A DNA stretch of 64,000 bases from Octopus sinensis (Eukaryota): assembly GCF_006345805.1 (NCBI RefSeq), contig NW_021832270.1, forward strand, positions 1-64,000, read 5' to 3'. How positions within the stretch are numbered: the stretch's first letter is position 1; every line of letters begins with the position of its first letter. The notes beneath the pieces are model-generated. The model saw only the letters and a list, made by a program, of their open reading frames with translations. It searched no databases and was not told the DNA's origin. This document shows, piece by piece, positions 37,741 to 50,830 of this stretch. The position numbers were made by a program, and so were the translations under genes.

Positions 37741-37923
37741 ACTTCATACTGTGCTACCTGTTCCCTCTGCCAGCCAGCACAGCTGTGCATTATGCAATGA
37801 AATGTGCAAAACTTTGACTAGGGCTCTAGAGTCATACAGGGGCCTCACATTGCATCATCAATGACTCATTTCACTGACTCTTTCTAGCAATGGCTATGCT
37901 CAGTTATGAGAAAGCAGTTATTG

Positions 37924-37959
<36 letters not shown>

Positions 37960-38036
37960 CACACACAACGCATACACACGCGTGTGTGTGCATGCACTGG
38001 GATGTGGAAATACTTAGGTTGGTGTCTGATGTTGCT

Positions 38037-38204
38037 ATAGGTGCAGGAGTGGCTGTATGGTAAGTAGCTTGCTTACCAACCACATGATTCCGGGTTCAGT
38101 CCCACTGCGTGGCATCTTGGGCAAGTGTCTTCTACTATAGCCTCGGGCTGACCAAAGCCTTGTGAGTGGATTTGGTAGACGGAAACTGAAAGAAGCCTGT
38201 CGTA

Positions 38205-38238
<34 letters not shown>

Positions 38239-38455
38239 TATGTGTGTGTGTGCCTGTGTTTGTCCCCCTAGCATCGCTTGACAACCGATGCTGGTGTGTT
38301 TATGTCCTCCGTAACTTAGCAGTTTGGCAAAAGAGACCGATAGAATAAGTACTAGGCTTACAAAGAATAAGTCCTGGGGTCGATTTGCTCGACTAAAGGC
38401 GGGGCTCCAGCATGGCCACAGTCAAATGACTGAAACAAGTAAAAGAGTAAAGAGT
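38037..38455 (+). mobile_element. tRNA-derived SINE, family E, full length
   Basis: Collinear with 9173-9592. Confidence 0.85.
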
Positions 38456-38514
38456 AAATCCCATTCGGAGTGAGGGACTCCAGGTCTTTGTCAAGGCATC
38501 CCTCTGAGAGAAGG

Positions 38515-38765
38515 CTAGGGTAAAGACCCCCTTCGGTCATGAATGACCATGGGATTGCACCTTGAAAGTTCCCCTCTGAGGTACAAGTCCAGGCAAGGTT
38601 GTTTATGGAAGACCAGCAGTCACCCATACATACCAGCCTCTCCTCTCTGTACTACTTATGTTATCCAAAGGAAGGTCAAAGGCTGATACAGTTTGACACG
38701 TTTGACATCGCAACCCATTTCTTCACAGCTGAGTGAACTGGAACAATATGAAATAATGTGTCTTG
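38515..38765 (-). mobile_element. Family D SINE, partial
   Basis: Collinear with 15530-15790. Confidence 0.7.
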
Positions 38766-39464
38766 GTATATAAAACCTGCTGCTCTACCGAGCGAGATAT
38801 CTTGCACTTTGCTTGTCTCTGCACTTCTTGCTATTGCTTGAGTTAGACTCATTGCACTCTTGTGACAGCTGCACTCAACTTAAAACACTTGTATGCACGT
38901 TGCTGACACTTTGTCGGCAATGGTGATGCCCATCAAATCAGTGGACAGCCATTCTGTGTGTGTGTGTGAGAGGCTATGGCTGCTATGTTTGTGCTTGTAT
39001 GTGTGTGTCTGTGTGTTTGAATATGTATGTTTGTGCAGGTATGAGCATGTGTGTTTCTAAATATGTTTGTCTTTGTCTGTGTATGCATCTGTGATTGTGG
39101 CTGCAATTATGCTTGAATGTGTTGTGTGTGTATGTATGTGTGTGTGTGTGTGTGCAAGAGAGAGAGAAGGAAAGAGAGAGAGAGAATGTGTGTCTGTGTG
39201 TGTGTTTGAATGTCTAGGATTGCATGTGTGGGTATGTATATGTTGTAGAGTATGTATGTCTTTGGATGTGTATATATGCATTTGTGGCTGTTTCTACAAG
39301 CGCACTTGCATGTGTCTATGTATGTATGTATGTATGTATGTATATGTGTGTGTGTGTGTGCATGTGTGTGTGTGCATATGAATGCTGTAGAATGTGCATT
39401 CATGTGGATACGTGTGCATGCTTGTGGGTTTCCTGCTTATTTATGCCAATGCATGTATGAATAT

Positions 39465-39540
<76 letters not shown>

Positions 39541-39724
39541 TACACACACATATGTATGTATGTATTTATGTATGCAGACACTTGTGGTTGCGTGCATTTT
39601 TATGCTTACATATGTCTCCTGCACCTGTGTCAATATCTCTGTATGTATGTACATATTTTATATATGTGTGCATATATATATATATATACATACACACAGA
39701 CACACACAAATATATGTGTGTGTG

Positions 39725-39797
<73 letters not shown>

Positions 39798-40499
39798 TGT
39801 ACACCTGTATATGTGTATTATTTTGTTTTCTGTTGAGTTACAAACTGATTGTCTTGAATTTCATTTTTTCTTTTTTTTTTTTAAATGTCTCCCCCCCCAC
39901 TGCCATTCCCCCTACTTCCCCCCGAACTCTACCACATCACCTGACTGTAACCAATTCACAACTGACTGGCCCCGGCGCTGTTCATTTCCAACTGAATTAC
40001 GGGGAGTAATACAACTGTTGCCCGCTGGGTTTCGTTTCCTTCACACTTCACTGGCCCCTTATGCACTTGAAGCACATCCAATTAACTCGGAAAAAACTTC
40101 TTTTCTGTTTGCCGACCCGATCCTTCTTCTTCTTCTCCATCCCCCCACCGGCCCCCCCGTCTCCACTGCTCCCCTACCCTACCATCGCCACATCGTCTCT
40201 ATTTCAATATAGATGAATGCCTAACAAAAAAAAAACAAAAAAAAAACAAACAACAACAGACAAAAAGAAACGAAAAGGAAATAAAAAAAATATTACGTTT
40301 TTGCATCCGTTTCTTTTTTAAACTTTTTAACTGGAGTTCGTACGAGTTGACTTGATGTTTTATGTTTCAATTTTTAGTTTTACAGTCTGCGAGAAATTCC
40401 AGAATGGTTTGTTTCTTTCAGTTGTGTTTTCATTTTTCTTCTCCCTCCTCTGTTTTTTTTTACTAGCTGGTTACGATCTTTCCTAAAAACAATCAACTC

Positions 40500-40506
40500 A
40501 TTATTA

Positions 40507-40556
<50 letters not shown>

Positions 40557-40945
40557 TATGGGTTTTTCTTCTTCTTTCAAATTTGCTTCCATTTCTTGCC
40601 GAGTGTCTTCCCGACTCCTAGGGCAAAGAAACTCATAGTATACATTGGTAGGCCATTAAACCAAACTCAATAGTTCGTTCATTTTTTTTTTTTTTTTTTT
40701 AAGTTAAATTAAAATACATGAGCAGCAACAGTTCTCACATCGACAATGCTCTTCTCAATACGTGTGATGTACCAGTTAAGACAATCTTTTGCACTTCTTG
40801 CAGGGATGGTAAGCCAAGGATCATCCTCATATAATTTTCGGTTCCCTTCTTGATCATTCCTAGTGCTCCTACGATCACTGGTATTGTAATCGCCTTGAGA
40901 TGCCACATTTTCTCAATTTCAATGAGTAGGTCTTTATATTTTCTT
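40500..40945 (-). mobile_element. 5'-truncated R4/Dong-like LINE ending in (AAT)n
   Basis: KYKDLLIEIEKMWHLKAITIPVIVGALGMIKKG...LQEVQKIVLTGTSHVLRRALSM*, then a 3' UTR of about 175 bp and a (TAA)n tail. Confidence 0.9.
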
Positions 40946-40966
40946 ATATTATTGTTATTATTATTA

Positions 40967-40998
<32 letters not shown>

Positions 40999-41385
40999 TA
41001 TGGGTTTTTCTTCTTTCAAATTTGCTTCCATTTCTTGCCGAGTGTCTTCCCGACTCCTAGGGCAAAGAAACTCATAGTATACATTGGTAGGCCATTAAAC
41101 TAAACTCACTAGTTCGTCCAGATTTTTTTTTTCTTGATAGAAATAAAGTTAAATTAAAATACATGGGTAGTAATAGTTCTCACATCGACAATGCTCTTCC
41201 GTTTCCGATTTTAAATCACTTTTAGTCATCCATAGCCATCTTTTTTCTCTGTCTGTCTTATCTTCAACATCCCTATGAAATTGTCCAAGCATTCTTTTCT
41301 TTACCCACCTATTTTCAGGTTCATTTGTTTTCAATTGCCTATATAGTGCTTTATCTTTGCAATCTTTCATCCTACACAAGCCTGA
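40946..41385 (-). mobile_element. Internally deleted R4/Dong-like LINE with the same 3' UTR and (AAT)n tail
   Basis: WVKKRMLGQFHRDVEDKTDREKRWLWMTKSDLKSETE (post-RT motif) is joined directly to gagcattgtcgatgtgag (RALSM*) and the shared 3' UTR. Confidence 0.85.
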
Positions 41386-41499
41386 CCTTCTTACTTCTAA
41401 TAATAGCGGTTCTGTGGCAACTTTTTAAACCCAGTTGGCAGTTTATTGAGTGAGATTTGTCTGATACAATGCAGGGAACAGAATTTAGACTGGGACTCG

Positions 41500-41815
41500 G
41501 TCGGTTATGACTACAAGTGTTCCACTTGATTCGATCAATGCAACAGCCTCCTTGTGAAATGGACGTGCAAGTGACTGAGCACTCCACAGACACACGTAAC
41601 CATAACGTAGTTCTCAGGGAGATTCATCGAGACACAGAATGCAACAAGGCTGGTCCTTTGAATTATACCTACGACCCATATTTACCAGCTGACTGGACTG
41701 GAGCAACATGAAATAAAATGTGCTGCTCAAGGACAGAATGCACGGCCAGGAATTGAACTCACGTCCTTACGATCCTCAGCCGAATACCCTAACCGCTAAG
41801 CCACGTGCCTTTACA
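41500..41815 (-). mobile_element. tRNA-derived SINE related to family D; a partial 3' copy lies at about 62310-62440
   Basis: ggaattgaactcacg...aaccgctaagccacgtgcc is a reverse tRNA-like head; gagcactccacag..acgtagttctcaggga recurs at about 62380. Confidence 0.65.
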
Positions 41816-41860
41816 ATAGAATTTGGTAACTGTATTGAAACTCTCCTACTTGAGTGTGCA

Positions 41861-41892
<32 letters not shown>

Positions 41893-42174
41893 GTTTGTTG
41901 TATGCCATGTGTGCTTGGTGCATGTAGTGTTGTATTTACTCATGTCATTGTATGCGTGTGTATATGTTTAGTGTTGTGTGGAGTAAGTGTCGTGTATGCA
42001 GTGTGTGTGTGTGTGTTATTGTGTAGCTGTGATGAATGTATTGGTGTTGTGTTTGTGTGTTGTGCTGTATGTGTGTATTATGTAGTTTGTATGGTACATG
42101 CATTGTGTGTGCATTCTGTGATGTATGTGTATGTTGGTGTATGATGTGTACTTTGTGTGTGTGTGTGAGTGTAC

Positions 42175-42189
<15 letters not shown>

Positions 42190-42217
<28 letters not shown>

Positions 42218-42762
42218 TAAATGTGTGTGTATACCTATATATATATATATGTGTATATATGTATATATATATGTATGTGCATATATATATGTGTGTGTAA
42301 ATATATGTCTATTTGTATGTATGTGTGTGCTTATATATATATGCGTGTGTGTGTGTAATGTGGTGTGGATGTGGTGTGTGTTTATAGAATCAAAACTAAA
42401 AAATTTGTAAAGATATTCAAGCAAGTTAATTGGTGTCCAGCTGTGAGTGGGTATGCTTGTGTGTAATATAAACGTGTGTGTATATATATATTATATATAT
42501 ATGTACATAAATGTGTGTGTATACCTATATATATATATATGTGTATATATGTATATATATATGTATGTGCATATATATATGTGTGTGTAAATATATGTCT
42601 ATTTGTATGTATGTGTGTGCTTATATATATATGCGTGTGTGTGTGTAATGTGGTGTGGATGTGGTGTGTGTTTATAGAATCAAAACTAAAAAATTGTAAA
42701 GATATTCAAGCAAGTTAATTGGTGTCCAGCTGTGAGTGGGTATGCTTGTGTGTATATATAAA

Positions 42763-42780
<18 letters not shown>
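42190..42780. repeat. Direct tandem duplication of 290 bp with breakpoints in (TA)n
   Basis: gtacataaatgtg starts at 42213 and 42503; aacgtgtgtg starts at 42471 and 42761. Confidence 0.9.
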
Positions 42781-42796
<16 letters not shown>

Positions 42797-42864
42797 GTGT
42801 GTGTGTATATATATATATGTGTGTGCATGTGTGTATATATATATATGTATATATATATTTAGCG

Positions 42865-42934
<70 letters not shown>

Positions 42935-44103
42935 ATGTAATGTGTGTGTGTTTGTGTATAAAAGAGATTAGGTTGTTTGTTGTTGGATGGGTTGTTAAAA
43001 TGGTTAACGAGGAAGCCCTGGGCATTTTATAAAAATATTTAAATTAATTTTCTATTGTAGTTAAGTTTGAATGTGTTTCATAATGATAATAGCTGTTGTT
43101 GTTGGTGTTGTTATTGGAAGTGGTGGTCATGGTGGGTTGTGGTCGAGATTTTGTTTTAAATTAATTTTTTTTTTTATTCCCCCCTCCCTCTTTTTTCTTA
43201 TTTTGCTTTCAAATTAAAAAAAAAAGAAAAGTTTGCTTTTTGTTTTTCTTTTCTTCTTTCAGTATTTAAAAATTTACAAAAAGAAACAATGTTATAAATA
43301 GTCTCTCCTCCCCCCTGACTGATTACCACTACCCCCCCCGCTCTGACTCCTTTCAAAGTTTCCTTATCTCACAGGGGGTGGGGATAAGGATGGGCGGGTG
43401 GGGGAACGGAAGCTGTCATAAACGGCCTTGTTATGATTTTCTATTCAGGTTCTGTTAAAGAAACAAAGTGTGCAATGTTTTTGGTGGTGGTAGTGGTGGT
43501 GGCGGTGGTAGCGAGGGCTATGATGATTGTGATGATGATGATGATGATGATGATGATTGTGATGAAGATCATGATAATGATTCTGGCAATGAAGATGGTG
43601 ATTACAGTGGTCATAATAATGGTGGTGGAGTTTTGTGGTGGTGGTCATGGTGATGTTTAGTGGTGGTGGTGGTGTGATTTTGATGATGATAATGATTCTA
43701 GTGGTGTTGGTGGTGCTGATGGTGGCAATCGTGGTGATAATGATTGTGGCGGTGGTGGTGGTGATGACAATAGTGGTGATAATAATGATGGTGGTGGTGG
43801 TTACGGTTTTTGATGATGATTGTAGTGGTAGTGGTGGTGGTATTGGTGATGATGGTTGTAGCAATGATGGTGGTGGTGGTGATGCAGTAATCATAATAAT
43901 GGTGATGATAATGATGCTGATTGTAATGGTAGTGGTAATGATGATGATGATGATGATAGTATTGCTATGTAACTATGGCCATGCAAGTGTTTTTCTAAAG
44001 GGCCCCCCCCTCCCCCGCGCATACCAAAGACAATTGCCTTAAACCCTAGGAAATAAAGAAAAGGCATTTTCTTAGTTATTATGTGAATCTAGCAACAATG
44101 CTC

Positions 44104-44137
<34 letters not shown>

Positions 44138-44314
44138 CCAATATTTCAAAAGAAAATATCTGCCTCTATTGTTTGCTTAGAATTTACCCATGAAAAAGAA
44201 CAGGAAAGAAAGAAGCCAGGCAAAGAGAGAGAGAGAGAGAGAGAGAGGGAGGAAGAGGAGCATAAAGGGAGAAATGAAAAGCCCCACAATAATAGATTTG
44301 TGTGTGTGTATGTG

Positions 44315-44370
<56 letters not shown>

Positions 44371-44374
<4 letters not shown>

Positions 44375-44667
44375 GTGAAAAAACAAGTCAGGATGGAAAA
44401 CGCCAAAATAATTTTATAAAGAACATTTCAGTACCGGTTTCAGTCATTGAGACTTTTTCAACTGTAACAATTAAATAATTAAATTTTGGAAAAATTAAAA
44501 GAAAAGTTTTTTTAAAAGAATATTTGTATAGTGTTCAAATATAAGTGGCATTTTCCTTGTTTCTGCCTGTCTCTGTCTCTCTTGTTTACTCTTGTGGGTT
44601 CGAGGTCGAATGTTCTTTATAAAATTATTTTAGCATTTTCTATCCTGACTTGTTTTTTCATACATAT
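44371..44667. mobile_element. Penelope-like non-autonomous element with about 57-bp inverted ends enclosing a hammerhead
   Basis: aaaaaacaagtcaggatggaaaacgccaaaataattttataaagaacatt (44371-44427) is inverted at 44609-44667, with (TA)n on both flanks. Confidence 0.65.
44425..44468 (-). ncRNA. Minimal hammerhead ribozyme-like motif with compensatory U3/A8 core
   Basis: Minus strand reads CAG-UUGAAAA-AGUC-UCAAU-GACU-GAAA-CCGG-UA-CUG, with palindromic stem III ACCGGU. Confidence 0.6.
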
Positions 44668-46529
44668 CAACTCGTGTGTTCCTTTTCATCCTTATATATA
44701 TATATATATATATATAAATCGAAATCGATCAACATCAATGGAAATTGTAGCTGTGATACCATGCCAGGGGCACGTAAGAGAGCCAGCTGAACGTGGCCAT
44801 TGCCAGCACTGCCCCGACTGGCCTCTGTGCCAGTGGCACATAAAAAGCACCATGCGATTGTGGCCATTGCCAGCCTCGCGTGACCCCCGTGCCAGTGGCA
44901 CGTAAAAAGCACCATCCAATCGACTGGCACCTCTGCCGGTGGCACGTAAACAACACTCACTACACTCTCAGAGTGTATATATATATATATATATTTACCA
45001 TGTGAACTATGATGAAAAAATATGAGAAAGACATGGTATATAATTTTTTTTGTGCTGGGGTTCCTCAAGACATGTAATTTATTTTAAGGGTTACACAAGG
45101 GTAAAAAGGTTGAGAAACACTGGGTTAGAGTGCTGGACTCATGATTGTAAGATTGTGGTTTCGATTCCTGGACTGGGTGACATGTTGTTGTTCTTGAGCA
45201 AGACACTTCATTTCATGTTCCTCCTTCCCGTTCAGCTGGCAAAAATGATTAATCCTGTGATGGACCAGTGTCCTGTTCAGGAAACCAGCCCTTATTAGTC
45301 AGCCTTATGACTCAAGAAGGACAATTTTATTGTAGAGACATGTAGCTTAGTGGTTAGGGGTGTTGAACTCATGATTGTAAGATTATGGTTTCGACTCCTG
45401 GGCCGGGCGATATGTTGTATTCTTGAGCAAAACACGTCATTTCATGTTGCTCCAGTCCACTTAGTGGGCAAAAACAATTAATCTTACGACTGACCAGTCT
45501 CCTATTCAGGTAGGGAATTTATTCACCGGGGAAACCAGGAATCCTTTTTTACTTTTACTCAGTTACCATGCCTGGAATTCTTTTGGTCTTCTCTTCAGGA
45601 CTGGATCAGAGATCAGTGACAACAATAATATCTTTTTTTTTTACCTGTTTCCTTCATTAAACTGCAGCCAAGCTGGAGCACCAGCTTGAATGGTTTTAAA
45701 TGAAGATATCAGCCCCAGTACATATTTTTTTTCTATTTTTAAAGTCTGTTACTTATTCTATTAGTTGCTTTTGTCAAACTGCTAAGTTACAGGGATGTAA
45801 ATAAAGCAACAGTGACAGTGGTGGTGGTGAGGCAGACACAAACACACACACACATGTCAGGCTTCTGCACAGTTTTTGTCTACAAAATTGGCTTCAGTCA
45901 TTGGTTGGACCAGGGCTGTGGTAGACAACACCTGCTCAAAGTGCCACACAGCGGGACTGAACCCAGAACCTCTTGGTTGCAAAGCAAGCTTCTTAACAAC
46001 ACAGCCTTGCCGACTCATATTTATTCTTTTATGTTTTTATTCTTTCATTCTTTTACTTGTTTCAGTCATTTGGTTGTGGCCATACTGGAGGTATGATTGA
46101 AAAAAAGGTTTTGATTAAAAAATTGAACTCAGGACTTATTCTTTGCAAGCCTAGTACTTACTCTATTGGTCTCTTTTGCCAAACTGTTAAGTTATGGGGA
46201 TGTAAACACACCAAAACCAGGTGTCAAATGATGGCGGGGGACAGACAGACAGACACACACACACACATAAATACAAGCATACATACATGCATCATATATA
46301 TATATATATATTGATAGATAGATAAAGGGTGAAATATAATTAATTTCATAAAATCAACAAATTTCACCAAGTAGTATTTCAGTATGGAAAAGGACCATAT
46401 TCAGTAAAGGTTTATATAATTATAACAATAAGGGTCTTTGCAACATTTCGGTATGTGGTCAAGCAACTTGTTTCAAAGACCCTTATTGTTATAATTATAT
46501 ATATATATATGATGGGCTTCTTTCAGTTT

Positions 46530-46726
46530 CTTATTTCTTTATTGCCCACAAGGGGCTAAACATAGAGGGTACAAACAAGGACAAAGGGATTAAGTCGATT
46601 AGATTGACCCCAAAATGATGAAAGGCAAAGTCAATCTCGGCGGAATTTGAACCCAGAACGTAGCGGCAGACGAAATACTGCTAAGCATTTTGCCCACTGT
46701 GCTAAAGTTTCTGCCAGCTCGCCACC
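46530..46726 (-). mobile_element. Family A SINE nested in a minus-strand family E SINE
   Basis: 15-bp TSD cttctttcagtttct at 46517-46531 and 46726-46740. Confidence 0.85.
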
Positions 46727-47517
46727 TTCTTTCAGTTTCTATTTATCAAATCCACTCAGAAGGCTTCGGTTGGCCTGAGGCTACAGTAGAAGACATTTGA
46801 CCAAGGTGCCACTCACTGAGACTGAACCCAGAACCATGTGGTTGGGAAGCAAGCTTCTTACCACGCAACCGTGGCTGGTTTTTTTTTATATTTCGTTTCT
46901 TAGTTTGTTTTTCTTTCTTTGCACGGCAACAATTTATATAATTTCTTCTTTCTTAATTATACCTGCACACACAGACACACACACGGACACACGGACACAC
47001 ACAACAAAAGAAGCTTGTCTTCGATGTTTGCTCCGATGTTTTTCCAGTATTCAGCTTCAACATTTATTACATTTCAGTCTTTTGTTTCGTTAACCTGTCC
47101 CTCTTGCCCCTTCCGTTCCCCACTCCACACCCACCTCAGCTCCGAGATCAACTCTTCCCCCCATGCCCCACCTTTCTGCCCTCTACACCTCTGCCTTGCT
47201 CTCCCTCTCTCCCCCCCTCTTTCTCTAGCGCCATGTAAGGAGATTATTAATTCTTGCCTGCCTGTCTGTTTGTCTGTCTGTCTGTCTGTGTGTCAGTTTC
47301 TGTGTAAGGTGTCAGTTTTCGAGTGCTTATCTTAGATAGATGGCACTTAATTACCATGTCTTTTGTTAATCTCTCTTAATACTCCAAATGACTCTCCCAC
47401 CCTAACCTCCACGCCCACCATCCACATCATGCCCCGTTTCCCTCTCCCATCACCTCTGTCACCACCACCACCACCACATTCTCTCCTTGCCATCATTGAT
47501 CGATCAGTTATTTTGTA

Positions 47518-47528
47518 TCATCATCATC

Positions 47529-47574
<46 letters not shown>

Positions 47575-47670
47575 TTATTATTTTTATTATTGTTATTATT
47601 ATTATTATTATCATTATTATTATTATTATCGTTATTATTATTATTATTATCGTTATTATTATTATTATTA

Positions 47671-47702
<32 letters not shown>

Positions 47703-47990
47703 TTTATTATTGTTATTATTATTATTATTATTATCATTATTATTATTATTATCGTTATTATTATTATTATTATTATTGTTATTATTATTATTATTATCAT
47801 TATTATTATTATTATCGTTGTTATTATTATTATTATTATCATTATTATTATTATTATTATTATCATTATTATTATTATTGTTATTATTATTATCATTATT
47901 ATTTTTATTATTATTATTATTATTATTATCATTATTATTATTATTATTATTATTATTAATATTATTATTATTATTATTATTATTATTTTG
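47518..47990. repeat. Long interrupted (TAT)n microsatellite
   Basis: About 470 bp of TAT with CAT, CGT, TGT and TTT variants. Confidence 0.97.
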
Positions 47991-48592
47991 ATCTGAAACC
48001 AAGTATAAATAAACATGAAAAATGTCTGGTCTCTTGGTTTATTTTTGTGTATTCATAATTTTGGTGTTGGGAATTATTGTGGTCTTTTTGTTTCCGTTTT
48101 TTTTCCTTAGTCTTCCACAATTTTGTTTTTCTTCTATGATTATCATTACCATTATTATCATTATTATTATTATTGTTATCATTATTATTATTTAAAGAAA
48201 TCAGTGAAGGGGATGTTCAGAATGTAGTATTGAGTTAGGATGTTTTACAGAGTTGTTGAAATAAAGAACCAGACGAGTGCAAGGTCGAGGTAATTGACTG
48301 CCCTTTTATGTCAGATATCGTTATGATTATAAAAAGGAAATGAAAATATCATCATCATCATCATCATTATTATTATTAAGGCTGCAAGCTGGCAGAATCG
48401 TTAGCATGCCGGGTGAAATGCTTAGTGGCATTTCATCTGTCTTTAATGTTCCGAGTTCAAATGCCACCGTGGTCGACTTTCATCCTTTTGGCGAGGTCGA
48501 TAAATTAAGTACCAGTAAAACACTGGGGTCGGTGTAATTGACTGGTCCCCTCCCTACAAAATTTCATGCCTTGTGCCTATAGTAGAAAGGAT

Positions 48593-48690
48593 AATTATTA
48601 TTATCATTATTATTTCCTTCTTTCTTCAAATTTTCTTCCGTTTCTTGCTGAGTGTTTTCCATATACCTAGGGCAGAGAAGGGCATTATAT
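48593..48690 (-). mobile_element. Short 3' UTR remnant of the R4/Dong-like family at a (TAA)n tract
   Basis: ttctttcttcaaattttcttccgtttcttgctgagtgttttcc..cctagggcagagaa is similar to 40565-40630. Confidence 0.6.
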
Positions 48691-48827
48691 GCATTCCCAG
48701 ATTACATGCGCAAATTCACAGATAAAATATGTATTCAAAAATTAATAAAGAAATAAATTCATGGATGGATGTTATTTTCACAGTGATAGTGCTCTTCGCA
48801 GTACATGAGCCGTTCCAGTTAATACGA

Positions 48828-48862
<35 letters not shown>

Positions 48863-49262
48863 GTATGCCAACAATTCTGCTGGCACACTTAGCAGCATTT
48901 TCTCCATCTAAACGTTCTGAGTTCAAATTTATCATCAGCCTTTCTTGGATTAATTCAGCAATAAATGAGGCATTCACTTTTCTGATTTACCTCAAGCAAG
49001 GAGGCACTTGTTTTTGTACCACGTTTTTGCCATGCAAACTTTTATATTTTTAACTTAGGTATATCCATGCCTATCACCTTCCTCTTGATTAATACTGAAA
49101 TGAGTTATCATTATTGGTGTTTGTATTTTTATCATTGTCATTCAAATTTATATTTTTGGCTCTTATTTTTATTTTGTCCTTAGATTTGTGACTGTTTATA
49201 ATTGTGCCTGTCCAAATGTAAATATTCTATACAATATATCTTCCCTCTTTTCCCATTCCACT

Positions 49263-49532
49263 TTACCCTTTAACATTCAGATTACTCTGCCAAATGTAAT
49301 ATTTGTTTATTCACCTTGTTTCGAATTAATTACACATTATTTGATAGCTTTGACTTTTCAATGATATGATTGTTTATTTTTAGAATGATATTCTAGGGTA
49401 GGTGAGAGAGGCTGGATCTGGCAGGTTTCAACATAGAAAAGGTAGAATACTTGGGCCTGATATGGCTAGTTTAAACATACAGAGGTAAAATATTTGGATC
49501 AGATATGGTCAGTTTGAGTGCTAAAGGTTTAA
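49263..49532. mobile_element. Decayed piggyBac-like MITE
   Basis: ttaccctttaacattcag ... tttgagtgctaaaggtttaa are imperfect TIRs with TTAA-like ends. Confidence 0.5.
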
Positions 49533-49806
49533 AGTGTTACTTTATCTAAGAAATTTGATGGTTGAAGAACTGCATTTTTATTGGTACCAACTTTGTGGCT
49601 AGCATTTTGTGTCTTTATGATGGAGGTGGTCTTATTCAATATATGTAATAAATGCAGCACATGTATACAGTAATACCTTGGTTTATGAACGCCTCTGATC
49701 ACAAATAAATTGTGCTTTATATATTTATCTATCTATCAATCTCTCTCTATATATATATATCGTTAGCCACTACACACATTTTTTTCTCTCCTTGTTTTTT
49801 TCTGTG

Positions 49807-49847
49807 TCCCTTTCTGTAGAAGAGCGTAGGCTCGAAACGTAAAAGAC
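49807..49847 (+). ncRNA. Minimal hammerhead ribozyme-like motif, A6U variant (copy 2)
   Basis: CUUU-CUGUAGA-A-GAGC-GUAG-GCUC-GAAA-CG-UA-AAAG. Same family as 34825, in an element of about 190 bp between (TA)n tracts. Confidence 0.6.
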
Positions 49848-49965
49848 TTTTTCTATTCCTGAGCACTATACTAATACATCTGTTTGTTTTGTACACCACC
49901 TGTCTTCGTCTTTTGTTTTTTCGTAAAATTTCCCTATATATATTTATATGTGTGTGTGTGTGTGT

Positions 49966-50270
49966 GTGGAGGTGCATTGGCCCAGTGGTTAGGGCCGCGG
50001 ACTCGCGGTTGTAGGATCGCTGTTTCGATTCCCAGACTGGGCGTTGTGAGTATTTATTGAGTGAAAACACCTAAAGCTCCACGAAGCTCCAACAAGGGGT
50101 GGTGGTGATCCCTGCTGTACTCTTTCACCACAACTTTCTCTCACTCTTTCTTCTGTTGGCCTGCTCACTTAGCCAGTGGGGTAGCGTCATTCGAAGGCTA
50201 AAACAATGCGAGGCACATTGTGACCAGCGATGAGTAGCAACATCTGATAGCCTGGTCGGTCATGGTGATC
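49966..50270 (+). mobile_element. tRNA-derived SINE, family C
   Basis: Collinear with 35845-36140. Confidence 0.8.
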
Positions 50271-50356
50271 ACATACATATATATATATATATAAAAAGCA
50301 TGATTTATTCATGATCAGAGTTGTTCGAAAACCGAGGTACTACTATACTTGTAAAG

Positions 50357-50830
50357 GTGCAGGAGTGGTTGTGTGGTAAGAAGGCAGTGAACTGGCAGAA
50401 ACATTAGCACGCTGGGCGAAATGCTTAGTGGTATTTCATCTGTCGCTATGTTCTGAGTTCAAATTCCGCTGAGGTTGTCTTTACCTTTCATCCTTTCAGG
50501 GTTGATAAATTAAGTACCAGTTATGCACTGGGGATGATGTAATGGACTGAATCCGTTTGTCCTTGTTTGTCCCCTCTGTGTTTAGTCCTTGTGGGTAGTA
50601 AAGAAATAAGAAGGTTACTTCCCAACTGCTTGGTTCTGGGTTCAGTTCTACTGCATGGCATTTTGGGAAAAGCGTCTTCTACTATAGCCTCAGGCTGACC
50701 AAAGCCCTGTGAGTGGATTTAGTAGACAGAAACTGTAAGAATCCCACTGTATACATATGTATGTATTTGTGTGTCTGTGTTTGTTCCCCATCATGACTTG
50801 ACAACCATTGTTGGTGTGTTTACATCTTCT
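50357..50830 (+). mobile_element. Family E SINE interrupted in its tRNA head by a family A SINE (about 50380-50612)
   Basis: TSD taagaagg at 50377-50384 and 50607-50614. Confidence 0.8.
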
